From: Macrostomum lignano
Taxonomy: Eukaryota
Length of the DNA stretch: 64,000 nucleotides
Assembly (NCBI GenBank): GCA_002269645.1
Contig: NIVC01002153.1
Span: forward strand, 62,001 to 126,000
Direction of reading: 5' to 3'
Each line of letters begins with the position of its first letter. The stretch's first letter is position 1. Below the pieces are notes generated by a model. The model was not told the DNA's origin. It saw only the letters and a list, made by a program, of their open reading frames with translations, and did no database searches. Positions 24,570-35,367 of the stretch are shown in pieces. The translations under genes were made by a program, and so were the position numbers.

Positions 24570-27033
24570 CCTTTTCAAGCCTGAATTCCTAAATAGAAAG
24601 CTCCGTTCCTGCCGGCATGGTCAGCAGAGCTGACCATAGACTATTTCAAGTTTTCAGTGAACTGAATTGCACTGCCACTCCTGCCGATAAGCCAGCCATC
24701 GCTGGTCTAATCTAGGGTTGAAGGAGAATGTACATTTGGAATGGGTTGCACACACGCTTATCAAAACTGTACAAGACTGGCCATAGACAGTCCAGCTTTA
24801 GTATATTAAGGGCTGTGCCAAATTCTGTACAATTCTATTCATGTAATTAAAATCAATCCAAATATGGATATTCTGTTGACTTCCGACTCCGAAAGTGACG
24901 CTGGAATAGCGGAGAACTCCGAGTCGTCTGAGTCGGTCACTATCAGCGAAGTAGAAGACGATTGGCAGTTTGTGGAGCCAGGCGAAGACATTGTTGAAGA
25001 CGGCCCCAGTTTCACTGGAATTTCGGGTGTAAACCCCAGCATTGTCCTTCCCGAAGACCGTGAAGACATCCAATATTTTCTACGACTGTTTCTAACCGAT
25101 GAGCTGCTGGATAAGATCGTGGAGTGGACAAACGCAAAAGCTTGGGCTGAGTATGAGCAGGCGACACATGATGGAGAAGATGTTTCGAGCTTGCTGAAGT
25201 CATGGAAGGACACAAACCGCAGTGAGATATCCAAGCTGTTGGGTATGTACCTGTTCATGGGCATCTCACGGAAGCCGGAACTGCATGATTACTGGAGCAC
25301 CAGTGTCATTCACAGTACTCCGTTTTTTCAATCGCCCAATGGCTTGACCCGTGACCGATTCAAGCAGCTGCTGGCCTTCCTTCGTTTCTACGATGCACGA
25401 GCACCCGCCTCGAACGACCCACTGCACAAGATTCGGCCGCTGCTCCGTCTGGCTCAGCAGCTCTGCGCGAACGTGTACCAGCCGGAGCAGCAGGTCAGCG
25501 TCGACGAGTCTCTGATTCTGTACAAGGGGCGCCTTCAGTTTAGGCAGTACATCCCATTGAAGAGAGCCAGAGTTGGAATTAAAATGTACTGCGCCTGTGA
25601 GTCTGCATCTGGCTACCTGTATAACTTTCTAGTACATTCGACTGCTGAAGAGAACTTTCATTTTGGCGACGACCTCGGTTGTGACCAGCTGTCTCTAAGC
25701 GAGAAAATCGTAGTGCACCTTTGCAAGGACCTGCTCGGTTTCGGCTATCACCTTTTCGTCGACAAGTGGTTTGCCTCAGTACGGCTTGCGACTTTTCTGT
25801 ACGAACGCAGCACACTGCTGACAGCAACTGTTCGAGCCGACCGTGGAGTGCCGTTGGCATTGCGCAGTCAGCAGGTGCCGTTGAATGACGTAGTTTTCAT
25901 GAGGAAGCTGCCAGTGCTGGCCATGAAAATCCTGGAGCGCAAGGAAAGCGGCTTGAAAACATTCTTCATGATCGACACCCACGGCTCAGCTCAGAAAGTA
26001 GCGACGAACCGAATTCGCAAGAATGGTGAAGCTGTGCAAGTGCAGAAAAGCGCCTCGAACCTGCTGTACAACCGCTGCATGGGAGGCGTTGACCGACTCG
26101 ATGCCATGCTGAAACCGTACGACAGCTGCCGCAAAACCTACAAGTGGTTTCATAAGTTGGGGTTTCATCTCTGCCTGCTGCTTGTACACAATGCATGGGT
26201 TGTATACTCAAAGCACGGTGGCCGGCTGCAATTCTTCAAATTCCTGGAGAGCTGTATCACCCTACTGGTTGACTCCACGGGACCAGGAAGACAGCGAACG
26301 GCAGCTAGGCAACCAGCGGCGGCCGCAGCTCAGCAGCACTTTCCATCAAAGCTGCCTCCGAGGGAATCGTGCCCGAGGCCGGTGAAGCGATGCCGCGTGT
26401 GCTACCGCAACGGCACTGCGAAGCGCACCGTGTTCTGCTGCAGTGCGTGTCCGAATGCACCTGGACTGTGCCCAAGTCCCTGCTTTGAACGGTGGCATGT
26501 GAATCACTGAATTAAAGAACTCCTTTCACCAGCCGTACTATATAATTCGCGTTTGTATTCGGCATTGACTATTAATTTTTTACCTTTATGTTAAGACAAA
26601 AATAATTAAATGTCCAACTGCGGCACTCTACCACAATATTGTTCCCTGTATTATTATATGCTACTATACGAGCGTACATGTAGTTGCGTCTCAAAATCAT
26701 AAATTTTTTGTTGCTTTTGGACAAATATCTTCTTTTGCTTGAACTTTAACTTTAACTTTCCCTTTAACTTTATAGTTCGAAATTAATTCAACAATAAACT
26801 GCATCTTTCTTCTGTGCCATTGTTAGTACATGAAAGTTGCTCTAGTGGTCGCTACAGAGTGCTACAGACTGAGTGAGTGCGCTATTTATTCCATGGTCAG
26901 CTCAGCTGACCATGTTCGGCAGGAAAGGAGCTGCAATTCTGCGCCTCACTGGCCATAGACTACCAATTTTTTTTCTCGTCACCTTCTATTCTATGGCTAT
27001 GGTCAGCTCTGCTAGCCACCCGGTATCTAAGGG
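24570..27033 (+). mobile_element. Full-length piggyBac DNA transposon
   Basis: TTAA at 24566-24569 and 27034-27037; ends CC...GG; ~40-bp subterminal inverted repeats at ~24600-24640 and ~26891-26931. Confidence 0.9.
24864..26510 (+). CDS. piggyBac (PGBD4-like) transposase, 548 aa, intact
   Basis: SVDES, VDKWF and GGVDRLD catalytic aspartates; C-terminal Cys-rich domain RCRVC...CSAC...CPSPCF..WH. Confidence 0.95.
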   Translation: MDILLTSDSESDAGIAENSESSESVTISEVEDDWQFVEPGEDIVEDGPSFTGISGVNPSIVLPEDREDIQYFLRLFLTDELLDKIVEWTNAKAWAEYEQATHDGEDVSSLLKSWKDTNRSEISKLLGMYLFMGISRKPELHDYWSTSVIHSTPFFQSPNGLTRDRFKQLLAFLRFYDARAPASNDPLHKIRPLLRLAQQLCANVYQPEQQVSVDESLILYKGRLQFRQYIPLKRARVGIKMYCACESASGYLYNFLVHSTAEENFHFGDDLGCDQLSLSEKIVVHLCKDLLGFGYHLFVDKWFASVRLATFLYERSTLLTATVRADRGVPLALRSQQVPLNDVVFMRKLPVLAMKILERKESGLKTFFMIDTHGSAQKVATNRIRKNGEAVQVQKSASNLLYNRCMGGVDRLDAMLKPYDSCRKTYKWFHKLGFHLCLLLVHNAWVVYSKHGGRLQFFKFLESCITLLVDSTGPGRQRTAARQPAAAAAQQHFPSKLPPRESCPRPVKRCRVCYRNGTAKRTVFCCSACPNAPGLCPSPCFERWHVNH

Positions 27034-27149
27034 TTAAACAATTTTTACGAAATGCTATCGGACAACAGCAAGTAAGCAAAGTTTCAGGCTGAATTTCAGC
27101 TGATCCTGTCTTTTAATTGTATTTTTTAGTTTAATTAAACACTATCAGA

Positions 27150-27305
27150 GGAGTTCTAGCCTAGTGGTTAGGTTAGAGCGTCGGACTCACGACTGGAAGG
27201 TTGGGGGTTCGATTCTCGACCCACTCAGGACAATGTGTGTCCTTGAGCAAGACACTTAACTCTGCATTGCTTCAATTCACGCGCTGTAAAATGAGTGCTA
27301 GCATT
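27150..27305 (+). mobile_element. tRNA-derived CORE-type SINE
   Basis: A-box-like TAGCCTAGTGG, B-box-like GGTTCGATTC, then CORE-like TGTGTCCTTGAGCAAGACACTTAAC...CTGTAAAATG; second copy at 41209. Confidence 0.8.
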
Positions 27306-27887
27306 CCGCTCACCTTCACCCAGTTCCGCCAACTTGACTAGGTTAAGTGCAACAAGCCTTCTCCATCGCTAGACAATATCATCCTGCCACAGGTCAGAAG
27401 GAACGTGCTCAATCAAAGTCAGTGTGAAGTCAACGAGTCATCTCATCAAGCAAGCAAGAAGACCAAGTTTCAACGTGTTACGCTCGTATAACATCATCGA
27501 AACCGGAAGCCCAACGTAATGTACATGGGCAGCCCTGCATAAAAGCAGATGCTCAAACACAAGTGACACCGAAGGACCTGGACGGTGGGCGATCAGTGGC
27601 CTCTGGAACCACGGACCCCGAAGGGGGGAGTCACTCGACTCCCACAAAGGGAATGGCCAGGGGGCGACTGTGCGCCTGCACGTGCAACAACGTCTTCCTG
27701 GCCAACGCTCCAGACGCACCGCACCGCCTGTTCGTCTGGCGCAATCCCAACGGGGCGTCCCTGGAAACAGATGATTGACTACAAATGCTAATTAACTAAA
27801 TGACACTATTTGAAAATTCACATTTTACTATCAATTATTATACTGATTAATGGCCACACTTAATTTCCTATCCCCTATCAATATTGC

Positions 27888-28275
27888 TTTTGTCAGCCTA
27901 ACTGAGAATAAAGCCACCCAAAATGAGAACCCTGCCTACGCTGACTGCGAACGGCCTGGCTGCATGCAGCCTTAGTCTATGGGCCATAGACAATAAAGGA
28001 CAAGCAAAGTGATAAAAAGCCATCCAATGTGAGAATCGATTGGTCTATGCGTCGTATTCTTTTATTTTTATACCTTCTGAGCCATATGACTAGCCAATAG
28101 CTTGAACGGAATAACGGAAACAGGAACACACTGGATGATACAGTACAGTAAATTAAAGAGCTAAAATAGCCGTCCCTCAATGCACTGTCTAAAGAGTCAT
28201 TAGCTAGGCCCTTCGTATTCAGCGTAGGCAGGATTCTCACTTTGGATGGCTTTATTCTCAGTTAGGCTGACAAAA
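27888..28275. mobile_element. MITE with ~57-bp terminal inverted repeats
   Basis: TTTTGTCAGCCTAACTGAGAATAAAGCC...CCTACGCTGA recurs inverted with 3 mismatches; no TSD seen. Confidence 0.8.
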
Positions 28276-29422
28276 CCTATACTATTTTATACTATTTCAT
28301 TTCAGACCCAGGAGAATAATCCTCGTTGCACAAGGATTTCAAAAAAGGGGGAATAATATAGGGATTAGAAATTAGGAAAAGTCTGAGAAAGTAAAAAGAT
28401 TCGCTAAAGGGCAAAGTAAGAAGCAAAAATCAGGGGGCGAAAGTTCAATTTAGAGATAAGACACTTGAGTAAAAGTAATTAAAAGAACGGTGCAAGAAAG
28501 CGAAATAAATCATAGATATGATAAGAACTTAACTGTTACTTTCCCCCAAGATTTCAGACCAAACGAGATGACTTCAAAGTCGGCCGAGGTACCAGACAGA
28601 GTCAGTCGGCGCGGTGCCAGGAGAAATCGATACGGCAAGATACCCCGACTGGCAGGCGAGATAGAACGATGGTCAACAGGCCAAGGTCAGCGGTGATGTA
28701 CGTGGATCGGCCCAGGGAGCGAAAGCACGACTCACCGAGGGACGCATGGGTGGTCTGACGTGCGAATCGATTCGAATAATGAACCCTGAATTGACCTTTA
28801 ACCATCGTCTGATGCGACCAACTAACAGATATTAAATTACCTCTCTCGCCCCGTAGCGACGTGCTAATCTAATGTTGCTGCGTCTGTTGCTAATCAGCGG
28901 CGGCGGATGACGTGTATCTAAAAATCTATAAGAAAGACACGGCCTCGGCCCCGAAATGGGCGCTCTAAAAAGACCTTAAGTGAAGTTAGAACTCCTGTGC
29001 AGTTCATTCAAACCTAGAGACTTATATTTGTCCTTTGTGCTAAAGGAACAATTTGTAGCCAACCGGTAGACGATCTCGGTTGTAAAATCTTTTAGGCTTA
29101 GGAATTAGTTAGAACGGAAGCACATAAGAGACCAACTTGGGTAAAAGTTAGTAAGGCCTAAAAGAAGACTTACAGTTACGTCGGTTCTTTTTTTCTTCAC
29201 TTGTCATTTGTCAAGTTATTATGATTTTTACAATTTGTTACAATACAGAACAGCCACATTCAAAACCACACAGTCACTTCCACTGCATCATGTCATCAAT
29301 TTCAGTTCAAGGGGAAACGTCGGAAGAGAAGTACCGGGGGGAAACGACCGTAAGCCGGGGCATTCCCAGATCAAGTGCTCCGCATTCTCAACACCAGAGA
29401 GGTGTTAAATCGGATGACTTCT

Positions 29423-32400
29423 TGTAAAGACTGCGATAGTGAAGGCGGCAGTGTGAGCGCGAAACGAAAGGCTTAAGGCCCCATATGGCCGTGGGCCCAA
29501 TATATTTATATTTGTTAGGCGACAGTGAACGATGCGTACATTCATGAACATGTACATTGCTACGCTATTGATTAGGACAGAGCGGGCGAGAGAGAGAGAG
29601 AGCGCTGGGAACAGGCACCGCCCTGCTAGGCTAATTCAACTAGGTGGCAATAACACTTCTCCCAAAGCAGAAAGAAACAAAGAGGGGATAAAAGCTCGAA
29701 TGACAGTCATCGAAGTACTCGTACAATAGTTCCAGTCCTTAATCAGCCCCAACCCCAAATCAGTCCTTGTAGCTGATTGGCTTGTCTTTGGCTGCGCGGG
29801 GATGCGGCCGATGGGCAATGCCGCATTCTGGCGGCGTCGGTTCCGCGTTCGCCGCAGCGCCCTTTGCCGCCACCAGCGGGCGGATGTGCGTCAGGTGTCG
29901 AGTGCAGGTGCGGTCGCCCTGTTGTAGCACGTAGGAGTCACCCCGCCTGTCCACGACGGTCCAGGGCTCGACCTCGAAGGGTGTCTGAGTCTTTGTTCGC
30001 TGATTCCGCCTCCGTAGCACCGCAGTACCCGGCCTCACGCTGCAGGCCTTGGCCCTCCGGGGACGGTTGAAGTCCCTGGCCATCGCTCTGGTGTAGGCCG
30101 AGTGTCGCTGGGTCAGCTGTGTGCGATGATGGTACACGGGCTGCGAGGAGCGCGCCGACGGGACGGTGTCGTTGAAGGTCCGGCCCATTAGCAATTCGGC
30201 CGGCGCGACTCCGGTTGCCGAATGAGGAGTGACGCGGTATGCGAGGAGCCAGTCGTCTAGGGCACTGCGCCAGCTGCGGCCTTCGGCGATGGCCGCCCTG
30301 ACGACCTTGTTGACGCATCGGTTGACGCGCTCGGTCGCTCCGTTGGCCTCCGGGTGCAGCGGGCAGATGCGGCGGTGCTTGACGCCGTGCTCAGCGAGAA
30401 AGTTGTGGAACTCTGCAGAATTGAAGGGTGGGCCGTTGTCGCTGATGATTTCTTGTGGGATGCCGTACCTGCTGAAGAGAGTTTTCAGGTGTGGCAGCAC
30501 AGCCTCTGCGGAGGTCGAACTGACGATGTTGATCTCTGGAAACTTTGAGTAAAGGTCTGTTGTCACTAGCAGCATTTTGTCCTGCACCGGACCGTAGAAG
30601 TCCATGCCGAGGACGAGCCAGGCTCCGTCGGGGAGCTGCGAGGGCTGAAGAGGTGGCGGATTGGTCGTTTTAGGCGACGTTGCTTGGCAGGCGAGGCAGC
30701 TTTGCACGAAGACCTGGCAGTCGCCCCTCATGCCTGGCCACCACACCTTCGTTTGAAGCCGGTCTAGCGTTTTCCGCCAGCACTGATGGCCTTTGTGCGC
30801 CAGCTGGAGTACTACTCGCCGAAGACTCGCTGGCACGATGATCGAAGAACCGCGAAGCAGAACGCCGTCGTGGGCCGACAGTTCTTGCCGGATGCAGGCA
30901 AGCGCACGGAGCTCATGGTCGTTGCTGGTCCACTGGTTGGTCTGAAGTGCCGAGATGGCTGCCTGAGTGACACCGTCGAGCCTGGCCGCCTGCTTGATTG
31001 ACTCGAAGCTGAGACCTTGTGGCGTTGATCCGAGGGCGATGGCGTTGATGAACTGCCGGTCGAGCACTTCGCCGGGGTTGTCGGTTGTCTGCATTTGCGG
31101 CTGCCTGCTGAGCACGTCGGCTGGGTTTTGCGGCCCGGGCTGGTAGATGATGTTGAAGCTGAGGTGCTGCACTCTCAGTGCCATACGCTCGATTCTGGGC
31201 GGCGGCCGAGACCCCGGCTGGAAGAGTGGTACCAGCGGGCGGTGGTCTGTCACGATGGTGAACCTTGGGCAGCCGCTGAGGTAGTGCTCGAATCGGAGGC
31301 AGCCAAACTTCACAGCAAGTGCCTCCCGCTCTATCTGAGCATACCGTTGCTCGACGGCCGTCAGCGATCTGCTGGCGAAGGCGATAGGTCTGCGGACTCC
31401 TCTCTTGTCCGTCTGGCTCAGGATAGCGCCGAGGCCGACCGGCGAGGCGTCCACGTGCACCTCCGTCTCCATGTTGACGTCGAAGAAGGCCAGAATGTTT
31501 TCTGAACAAATGGCGGCCCTAGTTTGCTTGAAGGCTTCTTGCTGCTTGTCCGTCCAGCTCCAGACGTGGCCCTTCTTGAGCAGCTCTCGCATCGGTTGAG
31601 TCAGGTCGGAGAAGTTAGGAATGAACCTTGACAGGTAGGTTGCCAGCCCAAGGAATGAGCGTAGCTCCGATGTGTTCGTGGGCTCCTTGAAGGCCTTGAG
31701 CGCCTTTATTTTCTCCTCTGTTGGCTGGACGCCGCTGGCGCTGATGCGCATTCCGAGAAATTCGATGGAAGGTTGGGCGAGACGGCACTTATCGGGGTTA
31801 AGGGTGATCCCGTGGTCTCTGAGGCGCTGGAGGCACGCCTTCAAACGGCTGTTGTGTTCGGCCATGTTGCGCGCGAAGATCGTGATATCGTCGTGGGCCC
31901 ACCTGACACCATTTAGGCCGCTGAGGACTCCCGTCATGACTCTCTGCAGCACCTCCGACGCGTTGGTGAAACCCATGCTGAGCCTGGTGAGTCGCATGAG
32001 GCCCAGCGGGGTGCTGAAGGTGAAGAGGTGGCGGGACTCCGGGCTCACGGGGATCTGGTGAAAGGCTTTCGTGATGTCTAACTCGCTAAATACGGTCGAG
32101 CCCGCCATGTCGTCAGTGATTTCCTCGAAGGTCGGGATCGGCTGCTTTTCCGGCACGGCAAAAGAGTTCACATTGCGAAGATCCTGGCAAATACGAATGC
32201 CGCCAGACTCCTTTGGCACGACAACCATCCGGGAGACCCACGGTGAAGGCCTATGCACGCGCTCGATGATGCCTTCATCTAGCAGGAGCTGTAGCTCGTC
32301 GATGACGGCCTGTCGCTGGTGGACGGGTATCCTGGACGGTGGATGGCACACTGGCACGGCTTCGGGGCGCAGCCGAACGTCGACTTCAACGTCCTTGACC

Positions 32401-34031
32401 CGGCCAAGGCCTTCAAAAACTGGCTGGAACTCGCAAAGTATGTTGCCTAACCGTAAGTCCGGTTGTAGGTCGTTGTCCAGATTTTGATCGTGTTTGGCGA
32501 GTAGCTTCTTCAATGTCGAGGATTCGGCGCTGTCACGAGGTTTCACAGCGTTGATCTGTCGGGCCGGCTGCTGGATGTGTAGGATTCCCATGTCGAAGGC
32601 GGTGTTGCGCCCAAGCAGAGTGATGCCACTGCCCTTGGTGATGAAAAACGGGGCTTGTAGCTCATCTGAGTCGGTGCGGAGAGCTAGATCGGCAAGGCCA
32701 AGCACTTGCAGCGGTGTTGATGAGCCATAGCTGAAGATCTGCTGGGTGGCGCCACGCAGGGGAACGTGCTGCAGGTGTTGGAAGTTCTGCTCGCTCATGA
32801 CATTGCAGCTCGCGCCGCTGTCGACCAGCACGTTGAATTCTTTCCCTTCGATCTGCAGGCGCATGTTGGCCGATCTCTGCCCTGACGACGCAGCCGGCGT
32901 CTGTATCGTGAATGCTTCTTCGGTGAGGTTGTCGGGCGAGACATAGATTGAGCTGCCGTCCGTGTTGTTTGCAACCACGTTGATGCTGGAAGAGTTCTGC
33001 TGCCGGCGTTGCCTGCAGGCCTTTGCGAGGTGGTTGGGCTTGCCGCATGACGAGCAGGTCTTCCCTTTCGCGGCGCCGCAGCTGCTGTGGCCGCGCTCTC
33101 CACAGCGGTAGCAGGTGGTGTTGGAGGCGAATGTCGGCCTCTGGCCGTTTGACTGTGGCTGGTCTCTGCGCTGGTTTGATGCCGACTTGTGAATGGCCGC
33201 GATGCTGCTGCTGCTGCTCTCCATGGCTGTGGCCTGCTCTTCCGCGGCTTCTAGTGCCCGAGCCTGTCTGAGAGCATCGTTCAATGCGATGTTGCTCTCC
33301 TGGAGCAGTCGCCGTCTGAGCTTGTCGGAGCAGCAAGTTGCGACGATCTGGTCTCTAATGAGAGAATCCGTCAGGGTGGAGAACTCGCAGGCTTCAGCAG
33401 CTGCCTTTAGTCTAGCGTACCAGGCGTCCACTGGCTCTCCAGTCTGCTGCACGCAAAGTCTGAACTGGTAGCGGGCGAAGACGATACTCTTGCGTTCGTC
33501 AAAGTGTGCTGTAAGAGCGGCCAGCAAGTTGCTGAGGCTGTCTTTCTTGTCGTCCGGCAGGTCCTTGACGATTTGGGCGATCTCCCTGCCTGCCGTGTAG
33601 GACAGCAGTTTGCACTTCTGAGTTTCGGCCGTAATTCCGGATGCGTCGATAAAGTCGCGGAAGCGATCGGCCCACACGCTCCACCGTTTAGAGATGTTTT
33701 GTTGATCAGTGTTTGTGCTGAATTGCTCAGGCGGTGGCAGGGAGATGAAATGCGCCATTGTGGCTAACCGTAGGGGTAAGCTCTGCTTGCGATGCCACTG
33801 TAAAGACTGCGATAGTGAAGGCGGCAGTGTGAGCGCGAAACGAAAGGCTTAAGGCCCCATATGGCCGTGGGCCCAATATATTTATATTTGTTAGGCGACA
33901 GTGAACGATGCGTACATTCATGAACATGTACATTGCTACGCTATTGATTAGGACAGAGCGGGCGAGAGAGAGAGAGAGCGCTGGGAACAGGCACCGCCCT
34001 GCTAGGCTAATTCAACTAGGTGGCAATAACA
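29423..34031 (-). mobile_element. Complete compact Ty3/Gypsy LTR retrotransposon (4609 bp)
   Basis: 233-bp LTRs at 29423-29655 and 33799-34031, TG...CA, no differences seen; 5-bp TSD CTTCT; PBS TGGCATCGCAAGCAG; PPT GGGAGAAG. Confidence 0.97.
29760..33758 (-). CDS. Gypsy Gag-Pol polyprotein, single ORF of 1332 aa
   Basis: Zinc knuckles, protease VDSGAS, RT (LSMGF...WAHDD), RNase H (VDASPVGLG), integrase (MDFYG, ISDNGPPF, NGATER) in Gypsy order. Confidence 0.97.
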   Translation of the reverse strand: MAHFISLPPPEQFSTNTDQQNISKRWSVWADRFRDFIDASGITAETQKCKLLSYTAGREIAQIVKDLPDDKKDSLSNLLAALTAHFDERKSIVFARYQFRLCVQQTGEPVDAWYARLKAAAEACEFSTLTDSLIRDQIVATCCSDKLRRRLLQESNIALNDALRQARALEAAEEQATAMESSSSSIAAIHKSASNQRRDQPQSNGQRPTFASNTTCYRCGERGHSSCGAAKGKTCSSCGKPNHLAKACRQRRQQNSSSINVVANNTDGSSIYVSPDNLTEEAFTIQTPAASSGQRSANMRLQIEGKEFNVLVDSGASCNVMSEQNFQHLQHVPLRGATQQIFSYGSSTPLQVLGLADLALRTDSDELQAPFFITKGSGITLLGRNTAFDMGILHIQQPARQINAVKPRDSAESSTLKKLLAKHDQNLDNDLQPDLRLGNILCEFQPVFEGLGRVKDVEVDVRLRPEAVPVCHPPSRIPVHQRQAVIDELQLLLDEGIIERVHRPSPWVSRMVVVPKESGGIRICQDLRNVNSFAVPEKQPIPTFEEITDDMAGSTVFSELDITKAFHQIPVSPESRHLFTFSTPLGLMRLTRLSMGFTNASEVLQRVMTGVLSGLNGVRWAHDDITIFARNMAEHNSRLKACLQRLRDHGITLNPDKCRLAQPSIEFLGMRISASGVQPTEEKIKALKAFKEPTNTSELRSFLGLATYLSRFIPNFSDLTQPMRELLKKGHVWSWTDKQQEAFKQTRAAICSENILAFFDVNMETEVHVDASPVGLGAILSQTDKRGVRRPIAFASRSLTAVEQRYAQIEREALAVKFGCLRFEHYLSGCPRFTIVTDHRPLVPLFQPGSRPPPRIERMALRVQHLSFNIIYQPGPQNPADVLSRQPQMQTTDNPGEVLDRQFINAIALGSTPQGLSFESIKQAARLDGVTQAAISALQTNQWTSNDHELRALACIRQELSAHDGVLLRGSSIIVPASLRRVVLQLAHKGHQCWRKTLDRLQTKVWWPGMRGDCQVFVQSCLACQATSPKTTNPPPLQPSQLPDGAWLVLGMDFYGPVQDKMLLVTTDLYSKFPEINIVSSTSAEAVLPHLKTLFSRYGIPQEIISDNGPPFNSAEFHNFLAEHGVKHRRICPLHPEANGATERVNRCVNKVVRAAIAEGRSWRSALDDWLLAYRVTPHSATGVAPAELLMGRTFNDTVPSARSSQPVYHHRTQLTQRHSAYTRAMARDFNRPRRAKACSVRPGTAVLRRRNQRTKTQTPFEVEPWTVVDRRGDSYVLQQGDRTCTRHLTHIRPLVAAKGAAANAEPTPPECGIAHRPHPRAAKDKPISYKD

Positions 34032-34329
34032 CTTCTCAGAACAAAAGAATAAGGAAAAAAGTCGGATTCTTCAAAGTATTTTCTTGCCTTCAGCACTTCC
34101 GCGGTCTCGCGCAGGAACACAAAACTTATAAAAAAAACTTACCAAAGAACTTACCAAAAAATTATTATTTAACGTGGGGTTGGGTTAGCAGAGAGAAAGG
34201 GGGGGTTAGCTCATGTACATTTAATGAAGAAAAAAATGCATGTCCATGTACAGTTAAATATGTAAACCCCCAACAATATAGCAAAAATGAACCTTCAGAA
34301 CAAGAAGCAGAATTGGCATTACTCACTGA

Positions 34330-34980
34330 GGATTTTTTCTTGGAGGTGACGATTCCCTGGAGTTGGCAAAACAGCCATGTCCCGCGAGAGCCATGGTCAC
34401 CGCCCTGATGTCCCTGCGGTTGAGTCCAAGCAGGGGCCCTGCAGAGCCCGGGAGAAGGACAGGGGACAGCCACGCTGGATTGCCGACAGTCGGGGGCGTT
34501 AACCTACCTCAGCTCCATGTGCTTAGATGCCACCCAACTGGTTGATCCGAGTGGTGACAATGGCGGTGGGGGTGGGGGCCACTGGCAGGGGACCAGTAAA
34601 AGAACCGGTCAAGCCAGCCTTGGCCAGGCGATTGGCCAATTCATTGCCAGGGTGGACCCCAGTGCCCAGAGATCCACCTTAGGGACACCTTGTTGGAGAC
34701 GCCTAAGCTGTTAAGCTGCGCGATGCAGTCGAGGACTGTACGCGAGCAGGTGGTGTTGCGCTCAAGGGCGTGGATCGCCGCTTGACTGTCTGAGTGAAGA
34801 ATAATCTCCTTCCCCCAGACGCGCTGATTGTACAGCTCCATGGCACAGGAGCTGATGGCGAGAACTTCGTTCTGGAAGACGGTTGATCAGGTGCCGGTGT
34901 GCTGGGAGAAGGTCCCCACTGTTCACACTCTAGACACAATGCAGGAGCCGGAGCCAGAGGCGGAGTTGATTTGTGCCCCA
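34330..34980 (-). mobile_element. Fragment of an RNase H-bearing (I/Loa-type) non-LTR retrotransposon
   Basis: ILHSDSQAAIHAL...LRWISGH, GNELANRLAK, RRDIRAVTMALAGHGCF; frameshifted. Confidence 0.8.
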
Positions 34981-35367
34981 CAAAATTCTAATTTTTATAC
35001 AACTGTATTTGTCACAGATCAACTTGGTCCTATTTTATGGAGATACTACGATGGAATTTTTACTGCGAATTCAACCAGCTAAAAAAATTCATTTTAAACC
35101 GAAGAAGTACAAGTACTATTATATGAAGTAGCTAGGTCTGTAGCTCGTGAGAGGTCTTCGGATGATGCAAACGTTAGATTCGTCCCTCAAAGGGCCATAG
35201 ACCTTCCAATACGGGCTCTATTAGCTCAAAGTTAAATAGCTAATCGAAAGTGTCTTACTTTGATACCTAGGTCGTGGAAATTTCATTTACGAGTAAAAGA
35301 ACCCTAAGTAACGAGTCGGACTTAGCCATACCTTACGGACAAAATCCCAATTTCATTGAGACTAACA

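Noticed and set aside
27150-27230. Possible tRNA gene
   Set aside because: Runs into a CORE-like SINE body and lacks a clean cloverleaf; second copy has TSD and tail
28533-28828. Possible solo LTR (TGTTAC...CTAACA)
   Set aside because: No TSD and no second copy in the window
29777-33767. Many short ORFs overlapping the Gypsy ORF
   Set aside because: Antisense or alternate frames of GC-rich coding DNA
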